Positions 1 to 9,666 of a stretch of 38,558 nt of DNA are shown piece after piece. The position numbers and the translations under genes are program-made. The stretch is from Minisyncoccota bacterium. Its GTDB lineage: Bacteria; Patescibacteriota; Minisyncoccia; Phycocordibacterales; UBA9973. Location: contig JAYVGX010000004.1 of the NCBI GenBank assembly GCA_043771685.1, positions 1 through 38,558 on the forward strand, in the 5' to 3' direction. The notes below the pieces were generated by a model, which worked only from the letters and a program-made list of their open reading frames with translations, had not been told where the DNA came from and ran no database searches. Each line of letters starts with the position of its first letter. Position 1 is the stretch's first letter.

Positions 1-1068
1 AATATTATTATAAAAGAATTTACATTAACACGAGATCAAGCCGAATTCTGGAATTCACTTTACTTAAACGGACTCGGAGAGTTTTTCTATGAAATGAAAA
101 TAGATTTCCGAGATTTAATCTCATTCCCTTATGATGATTCTTTGATTTTACCCGAACCAAAACAAATAGCACTTCCGAGTCGCTCACTACTACTCAACGG
201 CGCTGGTAAAGACTCTATCTTATCATCTGAAATACTGAAAGCTTCAAATACGCCTTTCGATTTTTTTTCTTTCGAACCTACACCGGCGCATAAGAAAATC
301 GCGAAAATTGTTGGTGCAAAGACTATAACAGTCACTCGTTGTCGTGATCTGTGGCTTGAAAATATAATGTCATTTTATGGAGTGTCCAGTAGCTATCCAT
401 CGGTCTCGACTTTTACTTTTATCGCAACACTGCTCTCAGAACTCCTTGGCTATAATGAAATAGTATTTTCGAATGAACGTAGTGCCGATTTCGGCAATCT
501 AGATTATCTTGGTTTAGAAGTAAATCACCAATGGTGCAAATCATCAGTTGCTGAAAAAATGACAAATGATTACATACAACGATACATAACACCGAGCATA
601 AAAACATCATCACTTTTGCGTAAATACAGTGAGCTTGAAATTGTCCGGCAATTTGTAAAGTACCCGCAATATTTAAATCAAGTTACAAGTTGTAATACAT
701 ACTTTTGGCTCCCGCATATGACTCAGCGCATGATGAGTAAAGCCTACTGGTGCAAAAGATGCCCCAAATGCGTATTTCTTTTTGCTTGCTTTAGTGCATA
801 TTTACCAAAAGAAAAAGTGATCGAGATTTTTGGTGCAAATATGTATCAAAATAAAAAACTCTTACCATTATTCCGACGTATCCTAGGTATAGAAGGCTTC
901 AAGCCACTCGACTGTGTCGGCGAACCAGAAGAGATGATACTTGCTATGCATTATGCACAACTTACTGGAGAATATGCAGACACAATCGCCATGAAAGTTT
1001 TTGAAGAACACTTCCATTCAAATTACAATTTTAAAGAATTAGAAAACAAGGTTTTTACTGAGGTCTAA
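1..1068 (+). CDS. murL: MurL-like UDP-MurNAc-L-Ala-L-Glu epimerase, 5' truncated by window edge
   Basis: Frame open from base 1 (NIIIKEF...FWNSLYLNGLGEFFYEM), so ATG 94 is internal. Motifs SNERSA, NHQWCKS, SCN, WCKRCPKC, GFKPLDCVGE match the MurL family as I recall it. Confidence 0.72.
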   Translation, partial: NIIIKEFTLTRDQAEFWNSLYLNGLGEFFYEMKIDFRDLISFPYDDSLILPEPKQIALPSRSLLLNGAGKDSILSSEILKASNTPFDFFSFEPTPAHKKIAKIVGAKTITVTRCRDLWLENIMSFYGVSSSYPSVSTFTFIATLLSELLGYNEIVFSNERSADFGNLDYLGLEVNHQWCKSSVAEKMTNDYIQRYITPSIKTSSLLRKYSELEIVRQFVKYPQYLNQVTSCNTYFWLPHMTQRMMSKAYWCKRCPKCVFLFACFSAYLPKEKVIEIFGANMYQNKKLLPLFRRILGIEGFKPLDCVGEPEEMILAMHYAQLTGEYADTIAMKVFEEHFHSNYNFKELENKVFTEV

Positions 1069-1123
1069 AAATTAATATTAATCCCCTATATTTTATGGTC
1101 TTTAAATTTTCAAACATTCAAAC

Positions 1124-1150
1124 AAAAAACCCACATTGCATGTGGGTTTT
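1124..1150. terminator. Bidirectional intrinsic terminator
   Basis: AAAACCCACA-ttgca-TGTGGGTTTT inverted repeat between convergent genes, A/T tracts on both sides. Confidence 0.8.
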
Positions 1151-1163
1151 AATTTTTATATTT

Positions 1164-1643
1164 TTAAACTAGATTCGAAGATTCTATTTTTTCTTTTATT
1201 TTATTAAATTCCTCTTTATTGACATAATGTTCACCAAAAAGAAAATTCAAATACTCTAATCCGACACTTTTACTAACAAATCCTAGACTTGCACCACCTG
1301 CTGTTAAAATAATTCCTAAATCTCCAAGGTTTTTGATTTTATTAATATGTAATTTAGGGTTTTTTGTACTTCCAAGTGTTTTAACCAGTGCTAGTTTAGA
1401 CCATAATAATTCTTTTTTAGAAGAATCTGGCATTTCACCTCATAAATATGAAGCTTTGTTTAGCTCTTTATTTAATCGACGGCAATCTTTTAAAGGAATT
1501 GCATTTTGTCGAAGTTTTGAAAACTTTAAAATAATTTCTTGTCCTTAAGCTATAGAACTGAAGGTTTCACTTTTTTTACCATCAACAAATTGAATATAGG
1601 CCTCAAGCCCAGTGGTCGTTTTCCTAATTTTTAATTTTTCCAT
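1164..1643 (-). pseudogene. Degraded hypothetical gene with two in-frame stops
   Basis: ATG 1643 (MEKLKIRKTTTGLEAYIQFVDGKKSETFSSIA) is in frame with ORF 1164..1433, interrupted by TAA 1547-1545 and TGA 1442-1440; terminators on both sides. Confidence 0.6.
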
Positions 1644-1703
1644 TTTTTTACTTTTTTGTTTAAAACATTTTTAGCAACAATATCACAGTCAGTAAATTTA
1701 GTC

Positions 1704-1736
1704 AAAAAAAAGTCCTACATAAATGGTAGGACTTTT
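1704..1736 (-). terminator. Intrinsic terminator of 1742..2239
   Basis: AAAAGTCCTAC-ataaatg-GTAGGACTTTT hairpin followed by a U-tract on the minus strand. Confidence 0.8.
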
Positions 1737-1741
1737 AAGTT

Positions 1742-2239
1742 TTATTCCTCATAATAAAGAGGGGTGTAATATTTTTTAGGTTCATCTTCTTCTTTTATGA
1801 ACATATTCAAATAAAAAGACAAGAAGAGAATTGAAACAGCAATAATAAAGATTGAAATTATTGGAATGGAAAAATCGTATTTTTCCATAAATTCTAAAAC
1901 ACGAGGGTCTTCTATAAAAAAATCTCTGAAGAAAAATACTATCAGTGTGGCTAAACTAATAACAATTAGAAGAATCGTTATTATGGATATTATCACTGTA
2001 TTTTTTTCTTTATTATCTATCTTTAGATAGTATAAGTATAAAAACCTCAAAGAAAATATTAGTAGAGCAACAAGAGTAAGTACTAGTAATACCTCGAATC
2101 TGTTAGAGAAATCTAGGGTTCTAATGCTTTCAATGAACACATTTCTCAAAAGAAATACAAAAAGTAGAGCTGCCGAAACCAACACGCTGGTAAGACTTAT
2201 TAAAAAGCCTTTTTCTAGTTTTTTCTCATTTTCTTCCAT
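1742..2239 (-). CDS. Hypothetical membrane protein (~4 TM)
   Basis: 165-aa ORF, four hydrophobic segments, own terminator. Confidence 0.75.
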   Translation of the reverse strand: MEENEKKLEKGFLISLTSVLVSAALLFVFLLRNVFIESIRTLDFSNRFEVLLVLTLVALLIFSLRFLYLYYLKIDNKEKNTVIISIITILLIVISLATLIVFFFRDFFIEDPRVLEFMEKYDFSIPIISIFIIAVSILFLSFYLNMFIKEEDEPKKYYTPLYYEE

Positions 2240-2300
2240 TTTTCTATTGTTAATTTATTTAAATCATACAACACTTAAAAAATAAAGCAAGTATTTACAT

Positions 2301-2329
2301 TTGCATTTATCCACAGTTTATAGTAATAT
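2301..2329 (+). promoter_or_regulatory. sigma70 promoter of secG with a DnaA box in the spacer
   Basis: TTGCAT (2301-2306), 17 bp, TAATAT (2324-2329); ATG 6 nt later; TTATCCACA at 2307-2315. Confidence 0.6.
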
Positions 2330-2335
2330 AAATCT

Positions 2336-2572
2336 ATGTTGATTATAGCTTCTATATTACCGTATATACAGATAAGTCTGTCTATTATCTTAATAGTTTG
2401 TGTTTTACTGCAAGCATCAGATTCTGGCGCTGGTAGTATTTTAGGTGGTGGAGATAGTGGTGGTTTACACCACACTCGTCGTGGTTTTGAAAAGTTTCTA
2501 TTCTTTACAACTATCATAGTTAGTATTCTATTTGTTGTATCATCCTTCATTGCATTACTTGTTCGAGCTTAA
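2336..2572 (+). CDS. secG: Preprotein translocase subunit SecG
   Basis: Two TM helices, VLLQ...GAGSILGGG loop, RRGFEKFL motif. Confidence 0.92.
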   Translation: MLIIASILPYIQISLSIILIVCVLLQASDSGAGSILGGGDSGGLHHTRRGFEKFLFFTTIIVSILFVVSSFIALLVRA

Positions 2573-2626
2573 AAGCTATAATAAATTATTATTTAAAAAT
2601 CTTTCTTTTAAAAAAGAATCATATGT

Positions 2627-4429
2627 ATGCGTACACTCCTATCATTTGTAAAAAAAGTTGGTAGCATTAAAAAAGAAAATCTAAAAAAAGTAGTCTCGTC
2701 TTTTGACCAAAAGCAATTGTTTATATTTCGAATACTTATTGGTATTTCATTGATATCAACACTGTTACTTTTGAACAAGTTAAACCAGAAATTTCTGGTT
2801 AGTATCCCTGATGTTGGTGGAAGTATCACCGAAGGTATAATAGGTACTCCAGTACAAATCAATCCTGTTTTAGCGATTTCAGATGCAGACGAAGATATGG
2901 TTTCAATTGTTTACTCTGGATTAATGCGCAAAGACATAAATGGTGATTTTATACCAGACATAGCTAAAAATTATACAATCTCTGAAAATGGAACTGTCTA
3001 TACTTTTGTACTACGAAATGATGTATTTTTCCATGATGGCAAGAAACTGACAATAGATGACGTCTTGTTTACAGTATCGAAAATGCAGGATAAAGAAATA
3101 AAAAGTCCGAAAAATATTGTTTGGGATGGAGTAGTTGTAGAAAAGATAAATGAAGAAACTATTAGCTTTACGATTAAACAACCATATATTTCTTTTATAG
3201 AAAACATGAATTTCGGTATTTTACCAAAACATCTCTGGGAAAATGTAGATAGCAATCAATTTTCTGTTTCTTCTATGAATATAAAAGCTGTTGGTTCTGG
3301 TCCATACAAAATAGATTCTGTTGATAAAGACTCCGATGGTATACCAAGGGAATACACTTTGAGTGCTTTCAAGAAATTCAATCTAGGTAAGCCAAATGTC
3401 AAAAACTTGCATATCGTTGTGTACCCAAATGAGATAGAACTAGTTGCTGCTTTAAAAAATGGAAATATAGATCAAGCCGGTGGTATATCGCCAGAAAATG
3501 TAAGAACATTTAAGAACGAAAACTTTACAATCAATGAGACAACATTACCAAGGATTTTTGGATTATTTTTAAATATCTCAAAAAGTAAAATATTGAGTGA
3601 TCAAAACAATATCGAAATACTAAATAAGATTATAAATAAACAAGAGATAATCGATGAAGTTTTATATGGCCATGGCGACTCTATAAACCATCCAATTCCA
3701 AAAACGATTCTAAATACTAAAAATCCTAGTAATAGCATTTCAAACACGGACGCTGTCGATCTACTTGAAAAAAATGGCTGGCAATTAAATGAAAGTGGCA
3801 CTCGTGAAAAAAGTTCAACAGTAGTAACGACAAAAACAATTACAAAAAAAGTTGGTAAAAAAACGGTAACAGAAAAAGTTTCTACTAAAAGCAAAGGAGC
3901 TGTATCTGTATTTGAGATATCTATCACAACTGGCGACACTCCTGAATTAAAAAGTGCGAGTTTAAACATAAAAAAACAACTAGAGAATTATGGTATAAAA
4001 GTTGATATCAAAACATACGAAAGTGGTCAATTGTCACAAATAATACGTAATCGTGATTATGAAATCCTCTTGTTTGGACAAGTGGTTAATAGTGAATCGG
4101 ACTTATATTCTTTCTGGCATTCATCACAGAAGACTGACCCTGGTTTAAATATCGCTCTATATTCCAATGAGAAAGTAGATGCATTACTCTCTGGTGCTCA
4201 AAAAAATACAAACAAAGACGAACGAACTGAGATATATAAAAACATAGCGAACGAATTTACTAAGAACACAAAAGCTATATTCCTCTACTCCCCTAAATAC
4301 ATATATATAACTCGATCAAATATCAAAAACACACAGACATCAAACATTATAAACACAGCCGATCGATTTTCAGCTATATACACATGGTATGCAAAAGAAA
4401 ATTATGTTTGGAAAATATTTACTAAATAA
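2627..4429 (+). CDS. Peptide ABC transporter substrate-binding protein (family 5, OppA/DppA-like)
   Basis: N-terminal TM; YSGL...PDIA...SENGTVYTFVLRNDVFFHDG, GSGPYK, YSNEKVDALL. Confidence 0.9.
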   Translation: MRTLLSFVKKVGSIKKENLKKVVSSFDQKQLFIFRILIGISLISTLLLLNKLNQKFLVSIPDVGGSITEGIIGTPVQINPVLAISDADEDMVSIVYSGLMRKDINGDFIPDIAKNYTISENGTVYTFVLRNDVFFHDGKKLTIDDVLFTVSKMQDKEIKSPKNIVWDGVVVEKINEETISFTIKQPYISFIENMNFGILPKHLWENVDSNQFSVSSMNIKAVGSGPYKIDSVDKDSDGIPREYTLSAFKKFNLGKPNVKNLHIVVYPNEIELVAALKNGNIDQAGGISPENVRTFKNENFTINETTLPRIFGLFLNISKSKILSDQNNIEILNKIINKQEIIDEVLYGHGDSINHPIPKTILNTKNPSNSISNTDAVDLLEKNGWQLNESGTREKSSTVVTTKTITKKVGKKTVTEKVSTKSKGAVSVFEISITTGDTPELKSASLNIKKQLENYGIKVDIKTYESGQLSQIIRNRDYEILLFGQVVNSESDLYSFWHSSQKTDPGLNIALYSNEKVDALLSGAQKNTNKDERTEIYKNIANEFTKNTKAIFLYSPKYIYITRSNIKNTQTSNIINTADRFSAIYTWYAKENYVWKIFTK

Positions 4430-4438
4430 AAAACAATT

Positions 4439-6385
4439 ATGCAAAACACACAAAGCGACAAAGAACCTAAAGGAACGCCAGTTAACAAACTGAAAACTTC
4501 TCCTGTTCTATTTAAAAATCAAAATCAAGAAAAAGAAGGATTTAAAAAAAACAACGCAAAGCCAATTAATAATCAGAACAAATCACGTGGAACTTATCAG
4601 TACGATAATAAAAACAATCGCCGAAGTAAGACTCAACAATCCGCAAATAAACCTACAAATCAAGTTCTAGTTAACAAGAAAAGAACTCACACTATCCCAG
4701 CCCCAGAAAAAGGAGTAATCCGCATCATTCCACTCGGAGGAGTTGAAGAAATCGGTAAAAACATGACTGCTATCGAAATCGGTAATGACATTATCGTTAT
4801 CGACGCAGGTATGCAATTCAAAACAGAAGATACACCAGGTATCGACTACATCATACCGAACACAACATACCTAGAAGAACGCAAAGATAAAATACGTGGT
4901 ATGTTTGTAACTCATGGTCACCTAGACCATATTGGAGGTATTCCCCTTGTTATGAGTCGTATTGGTAATCCAAAATTATATTCTCGCAACCTGTCTATCC
5001 TTCTAATGAAAAAACGTCAAGAAGAATTTTCTCATTTACCTGCACTCGATACAGAAGTAGTAGAAAAAGATTCTGTTATCACAGTTGGTGATATGCGTAT
5101 TCGTTTCTTTGGTGTGACTCACACTGTACCAGACTCTATGGGTATCATCGTCGAGACTCGTTATGGATCCATAGTTACACCTGGTGATTATAAACTTGAT
5201 CAAGTAGATGGAAAAGTCAGTGATGAAGAAGAAAAAGAATATGCATTTTTCGATAAAGAAAAAGTATTGCTTCTTTTAACAGACTCAACAAATATTGAAA
5301 ATGAAGGTTTTTCTCAACCAGAAAGTAAAGTGAATGAAGGATTAGGTAAACTTATCCGTTCTTGTAATGGTCGTATCATCATTGCAGCTTTTGCTTCACA
5401 CATCACACGTCTAGTAAAAATCGTTGAAACAGCTGAAAGTTTAGGTAAAAAAGTAGTTCTTGATGGACGCTCTCTGAAAACAAATATGGAAGTCTGTGAG
5501 CAAGCTGGTCTATTTACTCCTAAGAAAGGCACAATTATACCCGTTGAAGATGCCGACAATTACCCTCCAAATAAAGTGATAGTACTTATGACTGGTGCTC
5601 AAGGTGAAGAATTCGCTTCGCTCAACCGTGCTGCAAATAAAACTCATAAAAAGTTTACAATCAAAAAAGGAGATACAATTATTTTGTCTGCTTCTATTGT
5701 TCCAGGAAATGAAATCTCTGTTCAACATTTAAAAGATAACTTGGCACGTCATGGTGTAAAAATAATTTCTTATCGTACAAGCGAGGAAACAATCCACGCT
5801 ACAGGTCACGGTAATCAAGAAGACGTGAAATGGCTCCATCGCAAAACTCACCCTAAATTCTTTATCCCTATCCATGGTTGGCATTCGATGCTTGTAAAGC
5901 ACAAAGAAATAGCAATGTCACTTGGTATGAGTGAAGAAAATATAGTTGTTCCTGATAATGGCTCACTCATAGAAATAACAGATGAAGGTACAAAAATAAG
6001 TGTCCGTAAAGAAAAAGCTCCATCGTCTCCTATGATGGTAGACGGCTTCTCTGTTGGTGATGAACAAGATGTAGTTATCCGTGATCGTATGATGCTCGCT
6101 CAAGACGGTATGTTTGTTTTAATTGCAACGATAGATTCACAAAATGGCAAGTTACGTAAGAGTCCAGATATCATTTCTCGTGGTTTTATTTATCTAAAAG
6201 AAAATCAAGAGTTACTGCATCAAGTACGTCTTATAATTAAAAAAACAATCGAAGACGGCACTCGCGACACTAGACCAATAAACTTTGACGTTATAAAAAC
6301 AAATCTAGGCGACAATGTTTCTAAATTCTTATTCCAAAAAACAGCAAAAAGACCCCTCGTTATCCCAGTATTGTTAAACTTATAA
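4439..6385 (+). CDS. rnj: Ribonuclease J
   Basis: IIPLGGVEEIGKN, THGHLDHIGG, HATGHG, FIPIHG, SRGF; low-complexity N-terminal extension. Confidence 0.96.
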   Translation: MQNTQSDKEPKGTPVNKLKTSPVLFKNQNQEKEGFKKNNAKPINNQNKSRGTYQYDNKNNRRSKTQQSANKPTNQVLVNKKRTHTIPAPEKGVIRIIPLGGVEEIGKNMTAIEIGNDIIVIDAGMQFKTEDTPGIDYIIPNTTYLEERKDKIRGMFVTHGHLDHIGGIPLVMSRIGNPKLYSRNLSILLMKKRQEEFSHLPALDTEVVEKDSVITVGDMRIRFFGVTHTVPDSMGIIVETRYGSIVTPGDYKLDQVDGKVSDEEEKEYAFFDKEKVLLLLTDSTNIENEGFSQPESKVNEGLGKLIRSCNGRIIIAAFASHITRLVKIVETAESLGKKVVLDGRSLKTNMEVCEQAGLFTPKKGTIIPVEDADNYPPNKVIVLMTGAQGEEFASLNRAANKTHKKFTIKKGDTIILSASIVPGNEISVQHLKDNLARHGVKIISYRTSEETIHATGHGNQEDVKWLHRKTHPKFFIPIHGWHSMLVKHKEIAMSLGMSEENIVVPDNGSLIEITDEGTKISVRKEKAPSSPMMVDGFSVGDEQDVVIRDRMMLAQDGMFVLIATIDSQNGKLRKSPDIISRGFIYLKENQELLHQVRLIIKKTIEDGTRDTRPINFDVIKTNLGDNVSKFLFQKTAKRPLVIPVLLNL

Positions 6386-6386
6386 T

Positions 6387-7568
6387 ATGCTCCGTAACAA
6401 AATCAACATATTCTATATACTGTCATTTATGTTTACTTTTCATATTGCACTGGCTGCGTATGTCAACTCGAGCTTTATGTCAGAACATATACCAAGTAAA
6501 TATGTTGGTTTACTTTACACGGCGGCATCACTTATAACACTAATTATATTTGCAAATAGTTCCTCTATTTTAAGGAGAGTAGGTAATAAAAAGTTTGTTT
6601 TAAGCTTGCTTATTGTAAACATACTAACTCTGTTACAATTAATATTTACACACAATCCTTATATAAAAGCATTGTCTTTTATATTTTTTATTTCAAGTAA
6701 TGCTTTGTTTATGTTTAGTATGGATATATTTATAGAACATTTCATAGATAGGAAGAAAGAAGCGAGTTCTCATGGTAGATATCTGTCTATTATAAATATA
6801 GCTTGGGTTATATCACCCCTTTTAACAGCGAGCATTATAACAAATAATCAAAATTATATTTTATTATACAAGATAAGTTTGATCATAACTCTTATAATGA
6901 GTGTATTTTTAATATTTTCCATTCGTGACTTTAAAGACACAGTCTACAAAAAAATATCATTATTAAAAAGCTTTTCTTATTTAAAGAAAGCTCGTCATAT
7001 AAAGTCTATTGTTATTCTAAATTTCTTATTGCAGGTATTTTTTAGTATTATGGTTGTTTATACACCACTTTATTTAAAAAACTATATGAATTTCGATTGG
7101 AGTCAAATTGGTATCATATTTACATTTATGCTTTTACCATTTGTTATTTTTGGAGGTTTAATTGGAAAAATGGTAGAAAAATATAATATTCAAAAAAGAA
7201 AGTTATTATCTATTGGTTTTTTTATTATGATAATTTCAGTTGCAACCATCCCTCATTTAGATGCAAATATAGCAGTATGGGCATTTGTACTTTTTATGAC
7301 ACGCGTTGGAGCAAGTATAACTCAAGCAAGTGCAGAAATATACTTCTTTACTCATGTTCATGAAGAAGATGCATATTTATTAGGTATATATCGTGATATG
7401 GATCCCTTGGGTTATCTTGTTGGACCACTTTTAGCTTCATTCTTTATATTACTATTCCCTTTTGTTTATACATTTTTTATTTTATCATTAATATTAATAC
7501 TGGCATTTTATTTTATTCCTCATTTAAAACATAACCATGAATATACCTTACCCACTACGAATCAATAG
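6387..7568 (+). CDS. MFS transporter
   Basis: ~12 hydrophobic segments in 6+6 layout, LRRVGNKK loop resembling motif A. Confidence 0.85.
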   Translation: MLRNKINIFYILSFMFTFHIALAAYVNSSFMSEHIPSKYVGLLYTAASLITLIIFANSSSILRRVGNKKFVLSLLIVNILTLLQLIFTHNPYIKALSFIFFISSNALFMFSMDIFIEHFIDRKKEASSHGRYLSIINIAWVISPLLTASIITNNQNYILLYKISLIITLIMSVFLIFSIRDFKDTVYKKISLLKSFSYLKKARHIKSIVILNFLLQVFFSIMVVYTPLYLKNYMNFDWSQIGIIFTFMLLPFVIFGGLIGKMVEKYNIQKRKLLSIGFFIMIISVATIPHLDANIAVWAFVLFMTRVGASITQASAEIYFFTHVHEEDAYLLGIYRDMDPLGYLVGPLLASFFILLFPFVYTFFILSLILILAFYFIPHLKHNHEYTLPTTNQ

Positions 7569-8274
7569 ATACTTAGCACTAACGAATATAGCCACTCGCA
7601 AAGGCGCTGACGAGCTTATAAAAAAAGGTTCGGTTTTTATCAATGGTAAAAAAGCTGTACTTGGCGACACTGTCTATAGCAATGACAAAGTTGAAATCAG
7701 TGCTAAAAATATAAATCAAAATTATGTTTACTATGCTTACAATAAAGACACTGGCATATCAACAAATCCTGAAGTCGACACAAAAGACATACTGCAAGTT
7801 GCCAAATTCCCCGAGAAGGTTTTCCCTATCGGACGACTCGACAAAGACTCGCATGGTCTCATCATCATGACCAATGACGGACGCATAACCAACCGTTTGC
7901 TTTCACCACAATTTGTTCATGAAAAAGAATACGTCGTTCAAACTCAAAAACCTTTTACCGATCAATTTTTAAATACTATGGGAACTGGAGTCAAATACGA
8001 CAACTTCAAAAGTCTGCCATGTAAAGTCTGGCCGTCTGTCTACAGTGTGTCAGGTAAGAAACAAGGCAAAGACCGCGATACGTTCAATATAGTCCTCACA
8101 GAAGGCAAAAAACGCCAAATACGACGTATGTGCCAAGCACTATTCCACAAAGTCATAGACCTACAACGCATCCGAGTTATGAATATAGAGCTAGGCGATC
8201 TACGCACAAATCAATTCCGCGCAATTAAAGGTAAAGAACTGGATACTTTTTTGACACTACTTGCGATAAAATAA
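7537..8274 (+). CDS. rRNA pseudouridine synthase, RsuA/RluB/RluF family
   Basis: S4 domain (LRINRYLA...TRKGADELI), GRLDKDS catalytic motif, LTEGKKRQIRRM. Confidence 0.93.
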   Translation: MNIPYPLRINRYLALTNIATRKGADELIKKGSVFINGKKAVLGDTVYSNDKVEISAKNINQNYVYYAYNKDTGISTNPEVDTKDILQVAKFPEKVFPIGRLDKDSHGLIIMTNDGRITNRLLSPQFVHEKEYVVQTQKPFTDQFLNTMGTGVKYDNFKSLPCKVWPSVYSVSGKKQGKDRDTFNIVLTEGKKRQIRRMCQALFHKVIDLQRIRVMNIELGDLRTNQFRAIKGKELDTFLTLLAIK

Positions 8275-8315
8275 TAAAAAAACACTTAAGATTAATCTTA
8301 AGTGTTTTTTTATTA
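8272..8315. terminator. Bidirectional terminator, perfect 44-bp palindrome
   Basis: TAATAAAAAAACACTTAAGATT|AATCTTAAGTGTTTTTTTATTA between convergent genes. Confidence 0.85.
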
Positions 8316-8317
8316 AA

Positions 8318-8518
8318 CTATTTAGCTATGTATGGAAGTAGTCCCATAAAACGAGAACGTTTGATAGCCATAGCCAATTTGCGTTGGTTTTTTGCGGTTA
8401 CGTCTGTACGGTGACGAGCGATCATACGAGCACTTGGTGTTAGGAAGCGACGTAGTAATTCTGTATCTTTGTAATCAATATGTTTTATATTGTTTGATGA
8501 AAAGTAATCTTGTTTCAT
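8318..8518 (-). CDS. rpsR: 30S ribosomal protein S18
   Basis: IDYKDTELLRRF...QRKLAMAIKRSRFMGLLPY; rpsF-ssb-rpsR order. Confidence 0.97.
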   Translation of the reverse strand: MKQDYFSSNNIKHIDYKDTELLRRFLTPSARMIARHRTDVTAKNQRKLAMAIKRSRFMGLLPYIAK

Positions 8519-8537
8519 AATTGTTTATTGTTAATTT

Positions 8538-8999
8538 TTAAAATGGAATGTCCTCGGCATTTAATTCTTCTTGTGGGTAGTCGATACTATCGTTTGAACT
8601 CTCTTGTGACTCGTTTTTACTAGCTGGAGTTGTTGATGTAGAACTTGGATTATAAGACCCTGTACCAGTTGCTTTTGAGCCAAATTGGACTGTGTCTGCT
8701 ATGATCTCTGTTCTATATTTCTTCGTATTTGTTGCAGCATCATCCCAGCTACGTGTTTCCATACGACCTTCAACTAATATCTGACTTCCTTTTTTCATAT
8801 ACTGGGCTACATTTTCTGCAGTTTTGCCCCAGACTACTATGTTGTGATAGTCGGTTTTTTCTTGTCTTTGACCTTGCGCATCTTTGTAAGTACGATTGGT
8901 TGCTAAACTAAAAGTACAAACTTTGTTTCCAGATGGTATAGCCTTTAGCTCTGGATCACGAGTTAGATTTCCTATTAAGACTGCTTTGTTTAAGTACAT
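8538..8999 (-). CDS. ssb: Single-stranded DNA-binding protein
   Basis: NKAVLIGNLTRDPE, KGSQILVEGR, C-terminal EDIPF. Confidence 0.98.
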   Translation of the reverse strand: MYLNKAVLIGNLTRDPELKAIPSGNKVCTFSLATNRTYKDAQGQRQEKTDYHNIVVWGKTAENVAQYMKKGSQILVEGRMETRSWDDAATNTKKYRTEIIADTVQFGSKATGTGSYNPSSTSTTPASKNESQESSNDSIDYPQEELNAEDIPF

Positions 9000-9030
9000 A
9001 TATTTTTTAGTTGCCTAAATTAATTAATAA

Positions 9031-9528
9031 TTACTCTGTAACCAATGCATCAATCTCTTTGTCTAGAACTTTTTCGTCTATCGGCATACTTTCTTGTTTA
9101 GTAACGGTGCGTCTCTTTACGCCATCTGTTTTACCATATGGGCGCTTTAGAGATAGTGTACTCTCTCTAACAGTATTTATAAGTAAGAAACGAATCAGTT
9201 TTTCATTACCATCTAAAATCTTTTTAATTTTCAAAATATCTACAGTTGTAGTTTCGAACTTGATCCAACCAAAATAACCATAAGAAAAATATTGTTTCTT
9301 GTTTTCAATAGAACGAGACATTTCATAAGCTAATTCAATCATTTTAGGATTTTCATCAGAAATAAAAGTCGCACCACTATCTTTAATAATATCTTTCAAT
9401 TTTGTAACCTCCTCAGCTAGATTCTCTTCTGCGATACTTGGAACCATCAGGTAACCAACTTCGTATACTCCCATTTTACTTTCTGTTTCTTCTTCAGAAA
9501 CATCTACTTTATCTGTCTTTTTTTTCAT
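9031..9528 (-). CDS. rpsF: 30S ribosomal protein S6
   Basis: YEVGYL, LAYEM, LIRFLLI; position upstream of ssb. Confidence 0.9.
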   Translation of the reverse strand: MKKKTDKVDVSEEETESKMGVYEVGYLMVPSIAEENLAEEVTKLKDIIKDSGATFISDENPKMIELAYEMSRSIENKKQYFSYGYFGWIKFETTTVDILKIKKILDGNEKLIRFLLINTVRESTLSLKRPYGKTDGVKRRTVTKQESMPIDEKVLDKEIDALVTE

Positions 9529-9666
9529 AAAATTGCACTAAATTCTTATTTTTATAATCATTTCTCTATGGACCTATGTGTAATGTCTATAAGGACATTA
9601 CAAGAAAAATGTAACAACACTATAACAAATAAAAGCTAAAATGTCTATATTTGACAATACTTATGA

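Noticed and set aside
2307-2315. Replication origin
   Set aside because: Single DnaA box in a short gap; no cluster and no dnaA/dnaN.
4439-4690. N/K/Q-rich RNase J N-terminus as a new domain
   Set aside because: Low-complexity, probably disordered extension.
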